This document shows positions 1 through 13,000 of a stretch of 64,000 nucleotides of DNA, one piece after another. Made by a program: the position numbers and the translations under genes. The stretch is from Marsupella aquatica (taxonomy: Eukaryota > Plantae > Marchantiophyta): positions 3,555,455-3,619,454 of the forward strand of contig OZ316899.1 in NCBI GenBank assembly GCA_973895155.1, given 5' to 3'. The first letter of the stretch is position 1, and each line of letters begins with the position of its first letter. The notes under the pieces were generated by a model. The model was not told the DNA's origin. It searched no databases and worked only from the letters and a program-made list of their open reading frames with translations.

Positions 1-155
1 CTGAATTCCCCCTTATTGCCTAATGATGTCCTACCCATAATGATTACCTAAATACTGTTGTTATGCTAATAATAGCGGCCTAAGACACTCCTAACGTGCG
101 TGCTGAGCGCAGTTAGACCGAATCACTCATTAACTGCCGTACCGGCGGCGTCACA
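1..155 (-). repeat. 3' LTR of gypsy copy 1 (only its first 155 bp are in the window)
   Basis: Near-identical to 21493-21647 and 48644-48798; all three end at ...GGCGTCACA. Confidence 0.92.
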
Positions 156-3100
156 TAGCTCCCTGCTTAATTGTGAAGCATCCTCGCGAACATCACTCTC
201 GGCGTCGTCATCTTGATGGTGGTACTTTTTTACACGATCGTAGCTGATTCGCGTGGGGAGTAAATCGCCGGCATACGTCGCAAGCTCCAAAGATCCGTTA
301 CGGTAGATCTGATTGACAAGGAAGGGCCCTAACCACCGGGTATGAAGCTTCCCTGGAAACTGCATGTACCTACTATCGTACAGAAGGACTAGATCGCCTG
401 CCACGACGTCGACCCTCCGTAGTCCTTTGTCGTGCTGCTTCTTCGAAGTTGCCTGTTTCTTCACGGCGTGTCGAGCTGCTAGTAGCCGTGCTTCTTCTAG
501 GGCTTCAATCTGATAAGCTCGGTCTGACAAACTTTTAGGTTCGGGTAAGCGATCCCGAATGCTGACTCGTGGAGTGTGTACTTCAAACTCGACGGGTACC
601 AACGAATGTTGGCCGAACACGAGAAAGTACGGGCTGTGACTCGTAGTAGTTTTGTAAGCGAGATTATACGAGTACACCGCTGCGTACAACTTATCATCCC
701 AATCCGTTTTGTGCGCCGCTACCGTCTTGTTGAGGATTTTCCCAATGATACCATTGGCTCTCTCTGTCATCCCGTTGGCCTTAGGATGATACGGGGTAGT
801 CTTGCGATGCTTGACTAGGTAACGCTCCATAAGCTGGGCTACGGTGTCATTGAGGAAGTGGGTTCCACGGTCGCTTACCAATTCTAAGGGTGGGCCGAAC
901 CGGGTGAAAATCTGTTCATATAAGAACCTGGCGCTGGTTGCGGCGTCGTCCTTCACCGTAGCCCGTGCTTCGACCCACTTGGTGGAGTAATCAATAGCTA
1001 GCAGGATGTACCTGCATCTTTGTCTTCGGGTAACGGGAGTAAATGGCCCGATATAATCAATACCCCACTTTTCAAACGGTGCTAATGGAAGTACGGACGT
1101 GAGAGGGTGATGATGAGCTCGTCTCGGGGCCCCAGCCCGCTGACACAGGTCACAGCTCTTGATGAAGCGTTGTACATCCCGATGCAACGTAGGCCACCAA
1201 TATCCGGAGTCCAGAATCTTTCGGGCTGTTGTGATAGCCGTGAAATGGCCTCCAACTTCTTCTTCATGCAAGGCCCGCATCACGATAAGCGTCTCCTTAT
1301 ACTCCAAGCAGCGTCGTAACTTCCCATTAACTCCTTCCTTATGTAGGTGACCCTGTACCATGACGTAAGGCTCGGCTTTCCGTAGAAACACAGCGGCGGC
1401 TTCCTGATTGATGCCGTCAGGGATGCGGCCTGTCAAGAGGAAGGTGATAATTGAGCCGTACCACGTTGGCGTCCCCGCCCCTACGTGGAACAACTCCTCA
1501 TCCGGAAAAATATCATCAATTGGCTGATCAACTGGTACGCCGTCCAGCCTTGAAAAGAAGTCGGCATTGAGGTGTGCCTTTCCGGGCCGAACCCGAACTT
1601 CGTAGTTAAATTCCTGGAGAAGTAGCACCCACCGGGCTATCCATACCGTTACGTCCGCTTTGTTGACCATGTACTTCAGGCTATCATGATCCGTGTGGAA
1701 TATGACCTTGTAGCCTAGCAGATAGTGTCGGAACTTTTTACACGAGTAGATTATTCCCAGAGCTTCTCGATCAGTGGGGGAATAATTCTTTTCGGCTGTG
1801 AATAATTGACGGCTAGCGAAGTAGATGGGGTGGTCGCGTCCGTTCTCATCAAGCTGACTGAGCACGGATCCAATACAGAACCCTGACACATCGACATACA
1901 CGTGGAACTCCTTATTCCAGTCCGGAGTGACCATGATAGGTGCGGTGGTGAGTCTTTTACGGAGTTCTTCGAAAGCAATCCGTCTCCTGGGTGTCTCCTC
2001 GATCACCGCATCCTTTTTCATCATCTCAGTCAAGGGCAGCGCTATTTTAGCAAAGTCTTTAATAAACCGACGGTAATACCCTACACAGCCCAAGAAGGAT
2101 CGTACCACTTTTTGATCTACGGGAAACACCACCGCCATCCAGGCCGCGACCTTCTCTTGGTCCACCTCGATACCCCATTTGGACACACAATGCCCGAGTA
2201 ATACTCCCTCCTCTACCCTGAAAAAAAATTTAGCGGGATGTAGTTTGAGGTTAACCTCTCGGCATCGTTGGAACGTACATCTTAGGTGTTCGGGGTGCAT
2301 GGCGATAGTTCCAAAGATGGCAAAGTCGTCGATAAATATCTCTAGAAATTCCCGTAGGAAGTCATGGAAGATATTCATCATGAGTTGCTGAAACATGGCC
2401 GGAGCGTTACACAATCCGAACGGCATTCTCCGAAATGCGAAAGTCCCCCATTCCGTAGTGAACGTTGTTTTGAGCTGATCCGAGAGGCGAATCCAGATTT
2501 GGTTATAACCCGAATACCCGTCAAGGAATGTATAAATTTCATTTCGGGCTACCATATCTAGAACCATATCCGTGAATGGTAACGGGTAATGGTTTTTTCG
2601 GGTTGCATCGTTCAGCTTACGATAGTCCTGACAAATCCGGATCTTAGGTTTTCCGTCCGTTCCTCCTTTTTTCGGTACAATGACAATGGGAGAGACCCAG
2701 TCGCTGGCCATTACCGGGTAGATGATATTTGCGGCAAGGAGATGATCAATTTCCTCCTTCACTAAGATGGAGTACCTTGGGTTCATGCGACGTTGTCGTT
2801 GCCGTACTGCATGGGCCCCCAAATTCAAATCGATCGTGTGTTCTCCTAACTCGGGGGAGACTCCTGTTAAATCGTGATGGCTCCATGCAAACACATCTTC
2901 ATATTCCTTGAGCAAAGCTTGGATGGATTTTTCAGCCTCCCCTGTCAGAGCGTGGCCCAGGTTAAAAGATTTGTCCATCCCAATGGTGTACTTCCGGTAG
3001 TGCTCCTTCCTGATGACTTCAACCTGGTTTCGCAGGCCCGGGTCCAGGCTCGCATCAAGCTCAGCTAACCGAACTCCTCCGTACATGGGTGGAACCGGGA

Positions 3101-6100
3101 TTGGTCTCGGGATTGGAGTTACTTCCTCCAATTGCGGAATGGACGGATCCCATGAGACTCATTTCTTATGTCTCGGTCTCGAGTTTTCGGCCTCGGGCGG
3201 TTGTTGGGCTGGTTCATGGTCACGAGGCTCTGCAACGGTAGAAGCAGCCTCGGCTCCCTGCTTAGCTGGAGCCGTGTCCTCCGTCTCGACGAGTTGTTCA
3301 TGCGTTTCCTCATCCCCGACAGTAGATGTGCTTGGGGTGGACTCAATGGCAGCCCTCGGGTAATTTAGGAGATGTGTTTCGCGGGTTGCTTCAACTCCGA
3401 AGACATCTTCCTCGGATAGGGACGAGATGAGTTCAATCATATTGAGTTCCTCTTCCTCCAAGGTCTCCGAATCATATTCCTCGGGTCCTTGTGGGGTTTC
3501 TCCCTGATAATCGTCCATTGCCCATGATACCCGTACGGTGGGTGTCCCGAACCGTAGCTCCTTCTTTCCCCAATCCGTGACCACACGGCCACCGTACAGC
3601 CACGGCCTGCCTAGGAGGACCGGATAAGAGGAGGGCCGAACCGGCCTCATGACTAGGAAGTTGAGATAGAACTCCACCCCTCCTACCAGAGTGAGTACCC
3701 GTGTAAGCATGCCCAATGGAAGTACCCTTGCCCCGTTTGCTAATCTGATAGCTCGGGCTGTGGGTTGATACGTGAGGTATCCTAACTTGACTGACGTCTC
3801 TTCCGTCATGATGTTGATTACCGCTCCTCCGTCTACGAGAACCATCCTGATGGTACAATTATTAATTTCAATCGAGATGTTCGGCGCTCCCAGGTCCTCG
3901 CATATCATGTTGCAATCCGCGGTCCCAACTCGGGGTAGTCGTCTCCGTCGTCGACCCGTAAGCAACTCCCTCAGTTGCCGTCTGTACTGTGGATTGTTTT
4001 GCAGCAGTTGTCCTACCGTTGCTGTAACCGGGCAACTCTTCACGTCCTCCTTAATATCATAGTCCTCCTTCTTTTCTTCCTTCGGCTGCTGCTTGGCTTC
4101 CTCTTGCTTATCTTGCTTTTCTTGCTCTTGTCGCCGGGCTGTCTCGGCTGCTTTGATGTCCTTATCGATTGCCTTCTGGTATTCTCGAGCTTCGTAGGCC
4201 TCCAGCTGTTTCTTTACCAATTCTTCGATGCGGGGGAAAAATAGCTTCGGGTCGTCCCGTTGGTAGTCATCGTCCTTCTCCGGGGGTATATCTATCGCTG
4301 GCTGCACCGGAGTAGTATCTTGCTTTTTCCTGCGTTTCTCCTCGTGCTTCTCTTCCTTCCGTTCAGCTCTTGTTGACACACGATAGCACTCAGCCTCGTC
4401 AGATGGATTAGGGTGTTCCGCCACGTCCACCAGATTCACCCACTTGGTATTGTCATCCTGCCATTCCACTGCAATCATTTGGACGACCGCATCACTCGTG
4501 GTCGGTCCGCCCTGGGCTGGTCTTGCTGCATTTGTTCGAGCGGCCATGACCAATGGACAGTTGGCCGTGGAATGAGCTTCCGTTTTGCAGAATTGACAAA
4601 GTGGCGTGCCACGGCCATCCCCCTGGCGTCTTGGTTTGGTGCATTCCCTCGCAAAGTGTCCTGGCTTTTCACAGTTATAACAAACCGGGGATCGCCAAAT
4701 CCCTGGCTTAGGAGGGATGCTCGGGTTACTGATAACCTGGAAACTCCGGCCATTGTTTGGGTAGGGGTACGCAGTTCTACCCGCTAAATTATGCGGACCT
4801 ACCGTTGAAATCTGGTACACGGAATCAGGAGGGTCCTCAAAGAAATACTCCATGGACTCCGATTCGGGACCCGGGTTGTCAACATCATCCAGCTTTACTT
4901 GGTGAACTCGGTTCTTCCACCTTAGGCATTCCTGCACCACATGGCCGGATTGGAAGCACTTTGAACACCACGCATGGGCTCGAATCTCAGATGGCTTCTT
5001 CTTCTCCACCGGCTTTTCTGCAAGATGTACTGACAGTGCTTTGAGTCGATCCATGATTTCGTTCAGCTTGTCTGCTTCGGCAGCCTTTGGATCTGGTATC
5101 GTTCTTCGCGCCCGGGGTTTGATCTTCCCCTCCTTCTTCACTCGTCTCTTCTTCTTTTTGCTCCGGCTTTCGCTCTCTGAGTCACTTCCTGATGAACTAG
5201 AGGTAGAGGATCCGATGCTTGAAGCTGAATCCGAACTGGATTCTGTCTCCGAGCTGGACGAGGTCGAACGATGTTTCTTCTTCTTCTTGCGTTTCTTCTT
5301 CCTCTCGTCGTCCAATTCGGAGTCACTGTCACTGAAGGTCTCGTACTTACCCTTCTTGCGGCGTGCTCGCTGGCTCCATCGGGAGTTATAGATGGACTCC
5401 CGGTAAGTTTTGGCGCACGCTATGGCCGCCTGCATTGAAATTGGATTATTCTGGCGTACCCAGAATTGCATATTCGTGGGCAAACCATGAAGGAACCATG
5501 TGAGCTGGAGCGCGTCTCCCGGCCTAGGCCGGATCTTGGCCGCAAGTTTCTGAAACTTCTGAATGAACTTCCGTAGGGACTCCTTCTTTCCCATGCGAAG
5601 TTGGCCAATCTTTAATAGAGAACGCTGTTCTGATCCAATGGCACGAAACTCTTGCAGCAATGCAGCTTGGAATTGTGCCCATGTCGTCCCGGGTGGCAAC
5701 GAGTTGTACCATGGACGAGCTTCTCCCCGCATCACTCCCGGGAGGACGGTTAGCTTAATGGCGTCTTCCCCATTAGCTTTAGCAGTGGCTTCAAACTCAT
5801 CCAACCATTCATCCAGATCATCCCCATGACGCCCCTTGAAAGGTCGATAATGAAATTGCGATCGTTGCGATATTTGTGGAGGACCTTGAGCAGCGCGGGC
5901 CATCGGTGGAGCGGCTGCCATAGGTGGTGGTGGAGGTGGCGGAGGAACCGCAGCAGGACCGGTCGAACCGGACCCCAAAGGTCCCGGGGGTATGTTCATA
6001 TGTCAGGGCGATTGCGAGCCCTCCGAGCCCAAAGAATCGGAACTTGTCGTGGTTGCACTTTCTCGTTTGCTGGTCAATCTCCTCAAGTAAGCTGCTTGAG

Positions 6101-6116
6101 AACGAGTGACGGGCAT
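123..6116 (-). pseudogene. Single-frame gag-pol polyprotein (~2000 aa) with two premature TGA stops
   Basis: One frame from ATG 6116 (MPVTRSQ). CCHC knuckles (CYNCEKPGHFAREC), protease VLVDGG, RT FIDD, RNase H VYVD, integrase HHCC / IDY / SDRG / TERAN and GPF. Stops at 6003-6005 and 3159-3161 are CGA in copy 2. Confidence 0.95.
156..168 (-). promoter_or_regulatory. Polypurine tract (AAGCAGGGAGCTA) immediately before the LTR TG
   Basis: Minus strand reads AAGCAGGGAGCTA|TGTGACG; the same junction occurs at 48799-48811. Confidence 0.75.
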
Positions 6117-6209
6117 TTACTCATATAAATGCAATGGTTAGTACTACGTCCTGATGTATCCTGCCTAGGTGAATACGCACATGTCTCCCCTCTACGATAT
6201 GTAGAGTGC

Positions 6210-6227
6210 CCCGTCCATCTAGCGCCA
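6210..6227 (-). promoter_or_regulatory. Putative primer-binding site (TGGCGCTAGATGG...)
   Basis: TGG-initiated motif 12 nt downstream of the 5' LTR end at 6240; cognate tRNA not identified. Confidence 0.5.
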
Positions 6228-6239
6228 AAACAAAGGCTA

Positions 6240-8168
6240 TGTCACGTCGTCGGCTTCGGCCTTAACTTAGACTTCAGCTTAGACGGGCACATCCCTCGTA
6301 AATCTGAGGGTTCGGGCAGGGAGGGAAGCGCGTAATGCACCTAATTCACGTAAACTAGCGCTAAGTGCGCCTACTGTTAGATACGGACATCTCCTAGGTA
6401 TGGTTTGTGTTCCGTCGCCGGAACATACCTTAGTCGATAACAGGATCGACCCCGGCTTAAGGACTTCTAAGCCTTCGTGTTGTCCGCCTTCGATCCGGAT
6501 TCCATGATACAGGTCCTCAACCCGTGCTCGCAACCACATCCCCGCAAGCTGCACCTCGTGCACGATTCGGGTAGTGCGTTCGGCCCGGCATTGTCACCTA
6601 TACACGAGATTCACACACACATACACGCGCACAAGCATACAATCTCGATTTACACGAAGGAAATAATGGGAAAGGATTTTACTACATAGGGGACATGTGC
6701 GTACACTTGGTTGACCCGATAGCTCCGGAATGAACAGGTTCAAGGCCGAGAGAGTATACTACAACAGAGCCCGGCTCCGCACTCGCCCGGCGAGCTTAGT
6801 CCTACCCCCTCCCCTTGGTACTCTTTCACTCCCAGAGGCCGGGACTCCCCGCACATACCACGGATGTCCAACTCTGAGACTAAAAACCCCCCTGCCTCTA
6901 CCGAGGGGTGCACTAAATACTAAGGGCCGAGGGACGGGGTGTCCTCTTGCCGAAGATTCGCTGACTAAGGTCCTAACTAAGCTGACAGTCAGGCCGGAAA
7001 ACGACTGTGTCTTATTAGAAGATCCTAATCTACGCAGGCTGGACAGCATGGCAGCGCTGCTGTACCTAAGGCAGGTGCCTGTCCCAAGAGCCTGACTAAG
7101 CTAGTCCTAATGCCTGGCACGCTTGCCAGAGCCGCCCGAATGGGAGCGGCCATCCCGCTGCCTTCGAAGCCTGTCATTGTCCGCCTTGAGGAGCTGGACC
7201 TGGTCTAGCAGAGATTCGTTCTCTCGCCTCGCCGCGTCCGTCTCCTCTACTGCCTCCTGACATGCCTCCTCCAGCTGCTGGGCGTTGCTCGTCAGTTTAC
7301 CCGCTAGTTGGTCCTGCCGCTCGGCCTCGGTTTGGAGCCACGCCACCTCGGCCTGCAGCGTGGCTATCTCCGCAGTGTCCCGCTGGGCCCGTTCTTCGGC
7401 CTCCTCCAGGTCCTTCTGCCAGATGACAGTTTGATTCTTCAAACTGTCAATCTGGTTCCGGAGTCGTGCAATCTCGGCCTCGTTCCCAGCTTTGGCCTAC
7501 TCGGCTAGGGCGGTAAGGGCGTGCGCCTTTGCTAACAAATCATCGGCGGCTGCAACCTTGGGTCGTAGTTGCAGAAGCTCAGCCTCTTGAGCTGCAACTT
7601 CGTTCTTTAAGTAGATGGACTCCACCCGGTACCGCTCTATCCTCTGAAGGGCCTCTGACTGGGCCCGACCTGCCTTTACTGCGGCAACTAACTCTTGATT
7701 GAAGAAACAGACTACCTTCCGGGCCATGAACTCCCCGGTATCCCGGGCAATTTGATGAGAGAAATCTCCCAGAAGCCCGTTCAGAAATGTACCCGGTACA
7801 AAGAGTTCCGGGTGGTCCAGGTTGTGCCTGTCCGGAGTTGGGCACGGGCATATGTCAACACGCGCGGGGGCCGGGGCAGTGACGTCCAGCCCTGGGGACG
7901 TAATGTTGGAAGGGGCTGGAGTGTCCTCCTGCAGCAATGTCCGGTTCTCCGGAATAGCCACCGGTGGGTCTTTGGGAGACCCGGGCTCGGGTAAGACCTC
8001 CACCGTACCGACTTCTGTACTTAGCCCGGCCTGTTGGATCGCATCAACGGTTGTGAAAACTGACCCATCCGATACCTCCTCGGTTACGACTACAGCTACT
8101 TGTGGAGGTGGGGTGGGTGAAGCTGGCGTGTCCGCTGGACTTCGGGCCTCGGGTTGGGGCCGTCTCTC
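6240..8168 (-). repeat. 5' LTR of gypsy copy 1, 3' portion (left of the MULE A insertion)
   Basis: Starts TGTCACG on +; about 7420-8168 matches about 45956-46695 of copy 2, where it is contiguous with the 19557-21647 sequence. Confidence 0.88.
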
Positions 8169-8843
8169 TGGGGAATTTACAAACGACAGCAAACAGATAA
8201 CAGTAACAGGAAACAGATTCTGGTACCAGTTAAAAGGAGCTGTTACCAATGAACAGTGTTTGGGTGGTCGTGAACAGTTATCTTAAAAAAAGGTCTCAAA
8301 ATCTCCATTTGAAAGTACAAGAATAGAAAACAAAACCACCAAACCCTCGTGATAAATAAAAGAACAACAAGGAAACAATTTTTTGAAACATAAAAGATGG
8401 CTGCCAATTGAGATACACAAAATCCAAGACAAATACAAGTAGAAAAGAAAGGCCGGAAAAAACATTCGCATATATTATCGCAAAATAGAAAACGCGCTCG
8501 GCTTAAGTGATACAAAATGCAGTTATCAACATCAACAATCTGGCCTAAAAATCCCATCCATGAAGTCACGGTCGACACCGTCGGAGGTTTTCGACTAATA
8601 CATGAATAGCGCTCGGCGCTAGCCAAAAACTAACTAGAAAACTAGTCGTTTCTTGGAGACAAGATGCGTCCAAACCCAGACAACATAGTCAAGATCCATT
8701 CCCTCCCACAAAATCCGTTGTCGTTTCAATAGCGCCCGGCGCTAGCCAAAACCTAAATAGTAGACAACCGGGAAAACTCTAACGCCAGAGCTGAGGTCGA
8801 CTTCAATGCCACAAAATCCGGAAAACTTTAGCAGCGCCCGGCG

Positions 8844-9275
8844 CTAGCTTAAAGCGATCAGCAAAACGAAATTGAAGCCAAGACCACGCAAACGAACGTA
8901 TCCCTCTGAAGGTCCTCGACGAACAGCCCTCGTAAAATGTTCATTAGGAATATTACTGTCCTTAAAATCAACTCGCCCAAACATTTCTTGTACTCTTCGA
9001 TCGATTGGGAGTACCCGATCAACAAGAACTCTCGGGTGAGACGAAAACCGACTAGAGAATGGAGGCGCAGGGGAATCGACAATCCAAGGGATGTTCTTCT
9101 CTCCAGGACTAATAGCCTCATCATACGGGAGAGCATGACGGTTCCGAAAAGTGGAAGTTTCAGTTTCTTCAGTCTCCATCCGCGATTCAAAAGAGCTGAA
9201 ATGGCTCTCTTCCGGACGCACACGAGAAGGATGAAAAGTTGCCTCCCAATCCATTGGCTCATACTGACTCGCCAT
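8844..9275 (-). CDS. Uncharacterised cargo ORF of MULE A (143 aa or first exon)
   Basis: ATG-initiated ORF (MASQYEPMDWE...). No recognisable domain; no counterpart seen in element B. Confidence 0.35.
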   Translation of the reverse strand: MASQYEPMDWEATFHPSRVRPEESHFSSFESRMETEETETSTFRNRHALPYDEAISPGEKNIPWIVDSPAPPFSSRFSSHPRVLVDRVLPIDRRVQEMFGRVDFKDSNIPNEHFTRAVRRGPSEGYVRLRGLGFNFVLLIALS

Positions 9276-9419
9276 GTTTCAAAGATCCCAATCTAATATG
9301 TAACCTCTCCTCCCGTAAGAACGTCGTCCGCGAGTGCTATAACCGACAAAGGTCAAAGAAAGGTCCACGAAGACTAAGACGCCAGATAAACGTCCGCGTA
9401 CACTACCATTCCAAAATGA

Positions 9420-9780
9420 CCATCAAACTATCATCGTCCCGTTCTATTGCCTCCCGAAACTATCTTCGCCTTGGTAACAGGTATCGTCCCGTTCTATCGC
9501 CCTGCTCTAACGTCCCATTATATCGTCTTCCCAAAACAAAGTCTTTCCAAACGAACTATCATCCCGTTCTATCGTCACGTTCTATCGTCCTCCCGAAACA
9601 AAGTCTCCCCTCCCGTTCTATCGTCCCGTTCTATCGTCCTCCCGAAACTATCATCGTCCTCAACTATCGACGTCCCCAACTCTCGTCGTCCCGAACAAAC
9701 CTAAACTGAAACTATAGTCGTCCCTTCCGCCCGGTCCCTAAACTATGGAATCATCGTCCCGAAACTATGGTCCCCAACGG
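9420..9780. repeat. Degenerate tandem array of CTATCGTCC(C/T) / CGTCCCG motifs
   Basis: Many short variants (ctatcatcgtcccgttctat, atcgtcctcccgaaacta) packed in ~360 bp upstream of the 8844-9275 ORF. Confidence 0.8.
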
Positions 9781-10047
9781 CTTTCCGATGACTGACTAAA
9801 GAACACAATCCAAATGGCAGTTGGTATCCAATGACGATGACCGTTGACAGGAAACGACAAAGACTAAACGGCCATTTAGAGATTCCATTTGGCGAGCGCC
9901 AGGCGCTTGTAAAGAACAGAAGTCAAAAGTAATCAACAAGTAGAGAGAAATCAACAATTTCAAAGGACCCTCAGCAGAGGGAAATAATACACTTGTTACA
10001 AGCGCCGGGCGCTGCTAAAAGATTTAGCCTCAACTACCCACTACTTC

Positions 10048-13000
10048 TCACGGTTCCGAAGATTCTGAGTCGGAACCAGAATCTGTACTCTGGGATCTGT
10101 CCGTGGACACAGCCTCATCATCTACGTACTGGCTGCGGGAGAAGTCATCAACATAAGGATGTTTAATGAACTTTCGGTCAACACCCCTTCGTAATCGAAG
10201 ACCTTTGTTTTCCCAACAAAGTGTCCTTGCACTTTCTGCTTTCCTTGCGGCTTTCTCTGCATAGGAGGGAAGAACAAACGGTTTTTCCGGTGTTTCTACG
10301 TTGTGTCTCACGATCTTCCTCCACAGTTTGAATCGTCTCCTTGCATTCCACTCTGACCTGATATAACAAAGTCCATTTTGTAAGGCGCCTTTCCCCAAAA
10401 CAACAAAAGAAATGTTATGAATTGACGGGAATGGAGAAAGAAGCTTACGAGTTTATGAACATTACTCAGAAGAGTCACCACTATCGGTTTCATCTGCAGC
10501 TGCACGACGCTCTCCCTTTTCCTCCTCGGAGTTTCTTGTACCTTGTTCCTCTCCACCTTCACTCGATTCATCATCAGAATCAAAATTGAGAACCGACCGA
10601 AGCTTATCTCTCTTTTTTCTGTCGGCAGTAGGAACAGGTGGAGGTAACACTGCAATCTCTTTGGGAGACAACAAATCCATGAAAACCTTTGAAGCGGTTT
10701 CAATAAATTCTTTCCGGTGTTCTATCCCGAGTACAAATCGTCCAGAGAAGTCGCCAGCAATGTAAGAGCTTCCAGCCCCAGCAGTCCAATCCATAAAAAT
10801 ATCACGAGGCCGTGTGACAAGCTCTATAACAGATTGCATAAAACCCACAGACAGACGAGCATTTCCAGCAAACTCCATTTGCAGGAATGGATCTGATTTG
10901 AGCGAAGAGAGTCCGATCAAATTGGTAACCGAAGGGTCCTCACTGATGGACAGCGGCCAAAATTTGGGGTCTTTGGGAATTTTACATTTCCCATTAATTC
11001 GGCCAAATATGTCGAGCTTGAGGGTAAACATCTCTCGGTCTGTCTTTGCCGCATACATCGGGTCAGACATCACAACATTATGTGAGCATATACACTGAAA
11101 TTTCCTTGACTCCTGACAGGCAGCAATGACTTGCGACATGGGATCGTACTCCCCATTGTGTAGAATTACAAGGAACCCATCATCTGATAAAAATGGATCC
11201 ATGGATTTGAAAAAAGATCTAGCCATTGAGTGATCTGGAATGTTCCATTTAGGAACCTTCTTATCAATGATAGATGGTTTGAACCCGGTCGGTAGGTAAA
11301 TGAAGCCGGCATCCACTCCAAACGATCTTACTTTTCCCCCCCGAACAACTCCCTTCTCTTTAAATCCCAACTTAACGAGGTCTTTTCCCCATTTCTCCAC
11401 ATCACTAACCCACTCGGGCTTCTCCTCCTTGTTGAACGTCGAGTCAAAAAATTCAGAAAGGCTTGTCTCAACCATGCGATGGCGAGACACAGTTGTTTTG
11501 AAGTTTCCAACTTCACGTTGGAAACCAGAAGCTATAACACTCTCCCTTAAAGATTGTCCACCTTCGACAACTCTCTTTCGTTTCTTCCTGGTACTCGTGG
11601 CGTCGATAGGAACTATAACCTTCCCTTTGTCGACTGGAGTAATGGGGTCCGATCGAGCTCCCGTGTTTGCCTCAGAAACTTCAGGTGTAGCATCCTTTTT
11701 CGTATCTCCCGTTCCCACCGTATTAGACTTCCTCCCTCCTAAAATATAACCAGGTCGTAGTTAGAATAAGTACTTTTAAAGTATTGAAAGAAGCTAGCGC
11801 CTGGCGCTAACCAAATGCAATTCACTTAAGTCGCAACCGAAGCCTAATAACCAAGAAAGAGAATACCCTCAACAGAATATTTTTTGCCAGCGCCTGGCGC
11901 TGGCAAAATCATGGATAGCAATACTTACTCTTCTTTCCAGATTTAGTAGACTCACTCGGTGCTGCTAGCTCCGCTTTGGCTTTCGCGCGAGGTTTGCGAC
12001 TCCGGTCCACATGCACAACAGTTGTTTCACAGATAGTTTGCAAGTTTGTGGCAGACTTGTCTACATCGTCAAGTAGACCCTGCTTCATGTCGGACACAAG
12101 TTTTGCTGGCATCTGAGACTTTGAAAGCTTATGGAAGGCATCTTTTTCCCTTTGATCAAAAGGAGAATCCCATCTATCTGTATCTAGATACCAGGGGCAG
12201 TGAGTTCTCTCCCATTCTGTCATTGGTCTCGGAGGAAATATGCCCTCCGTGGGGTACATAGAGTACAAATCAGCCAAGGCATCATCTTCACTTATTGAAA
12301 TCCACTTCATAAAAGCTGCAGGATATGCCCAGAAGTAATCAGGTTTGGTTACCTCCATGTGCATGTAGAACCTATACACAAACCTCTTCGCTCGCTTCTG
12401 GTTTCTCTGGGTGTAATCTTCTTTGTCAGGGTACTTTGAAGGCCACATAGTGTGAAAGAACTTATTCTTCACGGAATCACCAAATCTCTTGAATTCATTT
12501 GTAACAAACTGAACTAGATCATCAAACGAACTACAATTCCACTCTTCCAATCTATTCGCGGGCATGGTTTGCTCAACTTCACGTAGACATGAATGTAACA
12601 TGCCAGCAGCAATTCCCTCCACACTATTCCAAGTGATCCAAGTGTGGCACCATTGTTTGACTGGATCATCGTTAACACTTGCTGGGTGAAAAAACTGTCT
12701 CCGCAGCTCAGAATTGCAATGTGCCACAAGTAAAGTGCTTTGTAACTTTGGGTCTATAGCAGAAACAGCGGTGAACAATCGTGCGCGGTCCATCGTACAT
12801 ACAACGGTGTCAGGCTTCTTCTCTCTCTTGTTTCTCTCTGTGACAGCATACATTTCTGCACATGTACTGAGGAAATCTTCAAATTCAGGACTTAATAAGG
12901 GCGTAATTTTTGAAGACTTCACTGCCCAATCTTTGGTTGCGTCTTTCATCATGGCCGCATGCCGTTTTGAAATCTCGTCCGCCGACCATGGACTCCCTTG

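Noticed and set aside
497-6128. Many short plus-strand and alternate-frame ORFs over gag-pol (also 49140-54972)
   Set aside because: These are shadow ORFs of GC-rich coding sequence, repeated only because the element is duplicated.
6220-6227. TAGCGCCA at the gypsy PBS as a MULE palindrome copy
   Set aside because: It is only a half-site and is explained by PBS complementarity to a tRNA CCA end.
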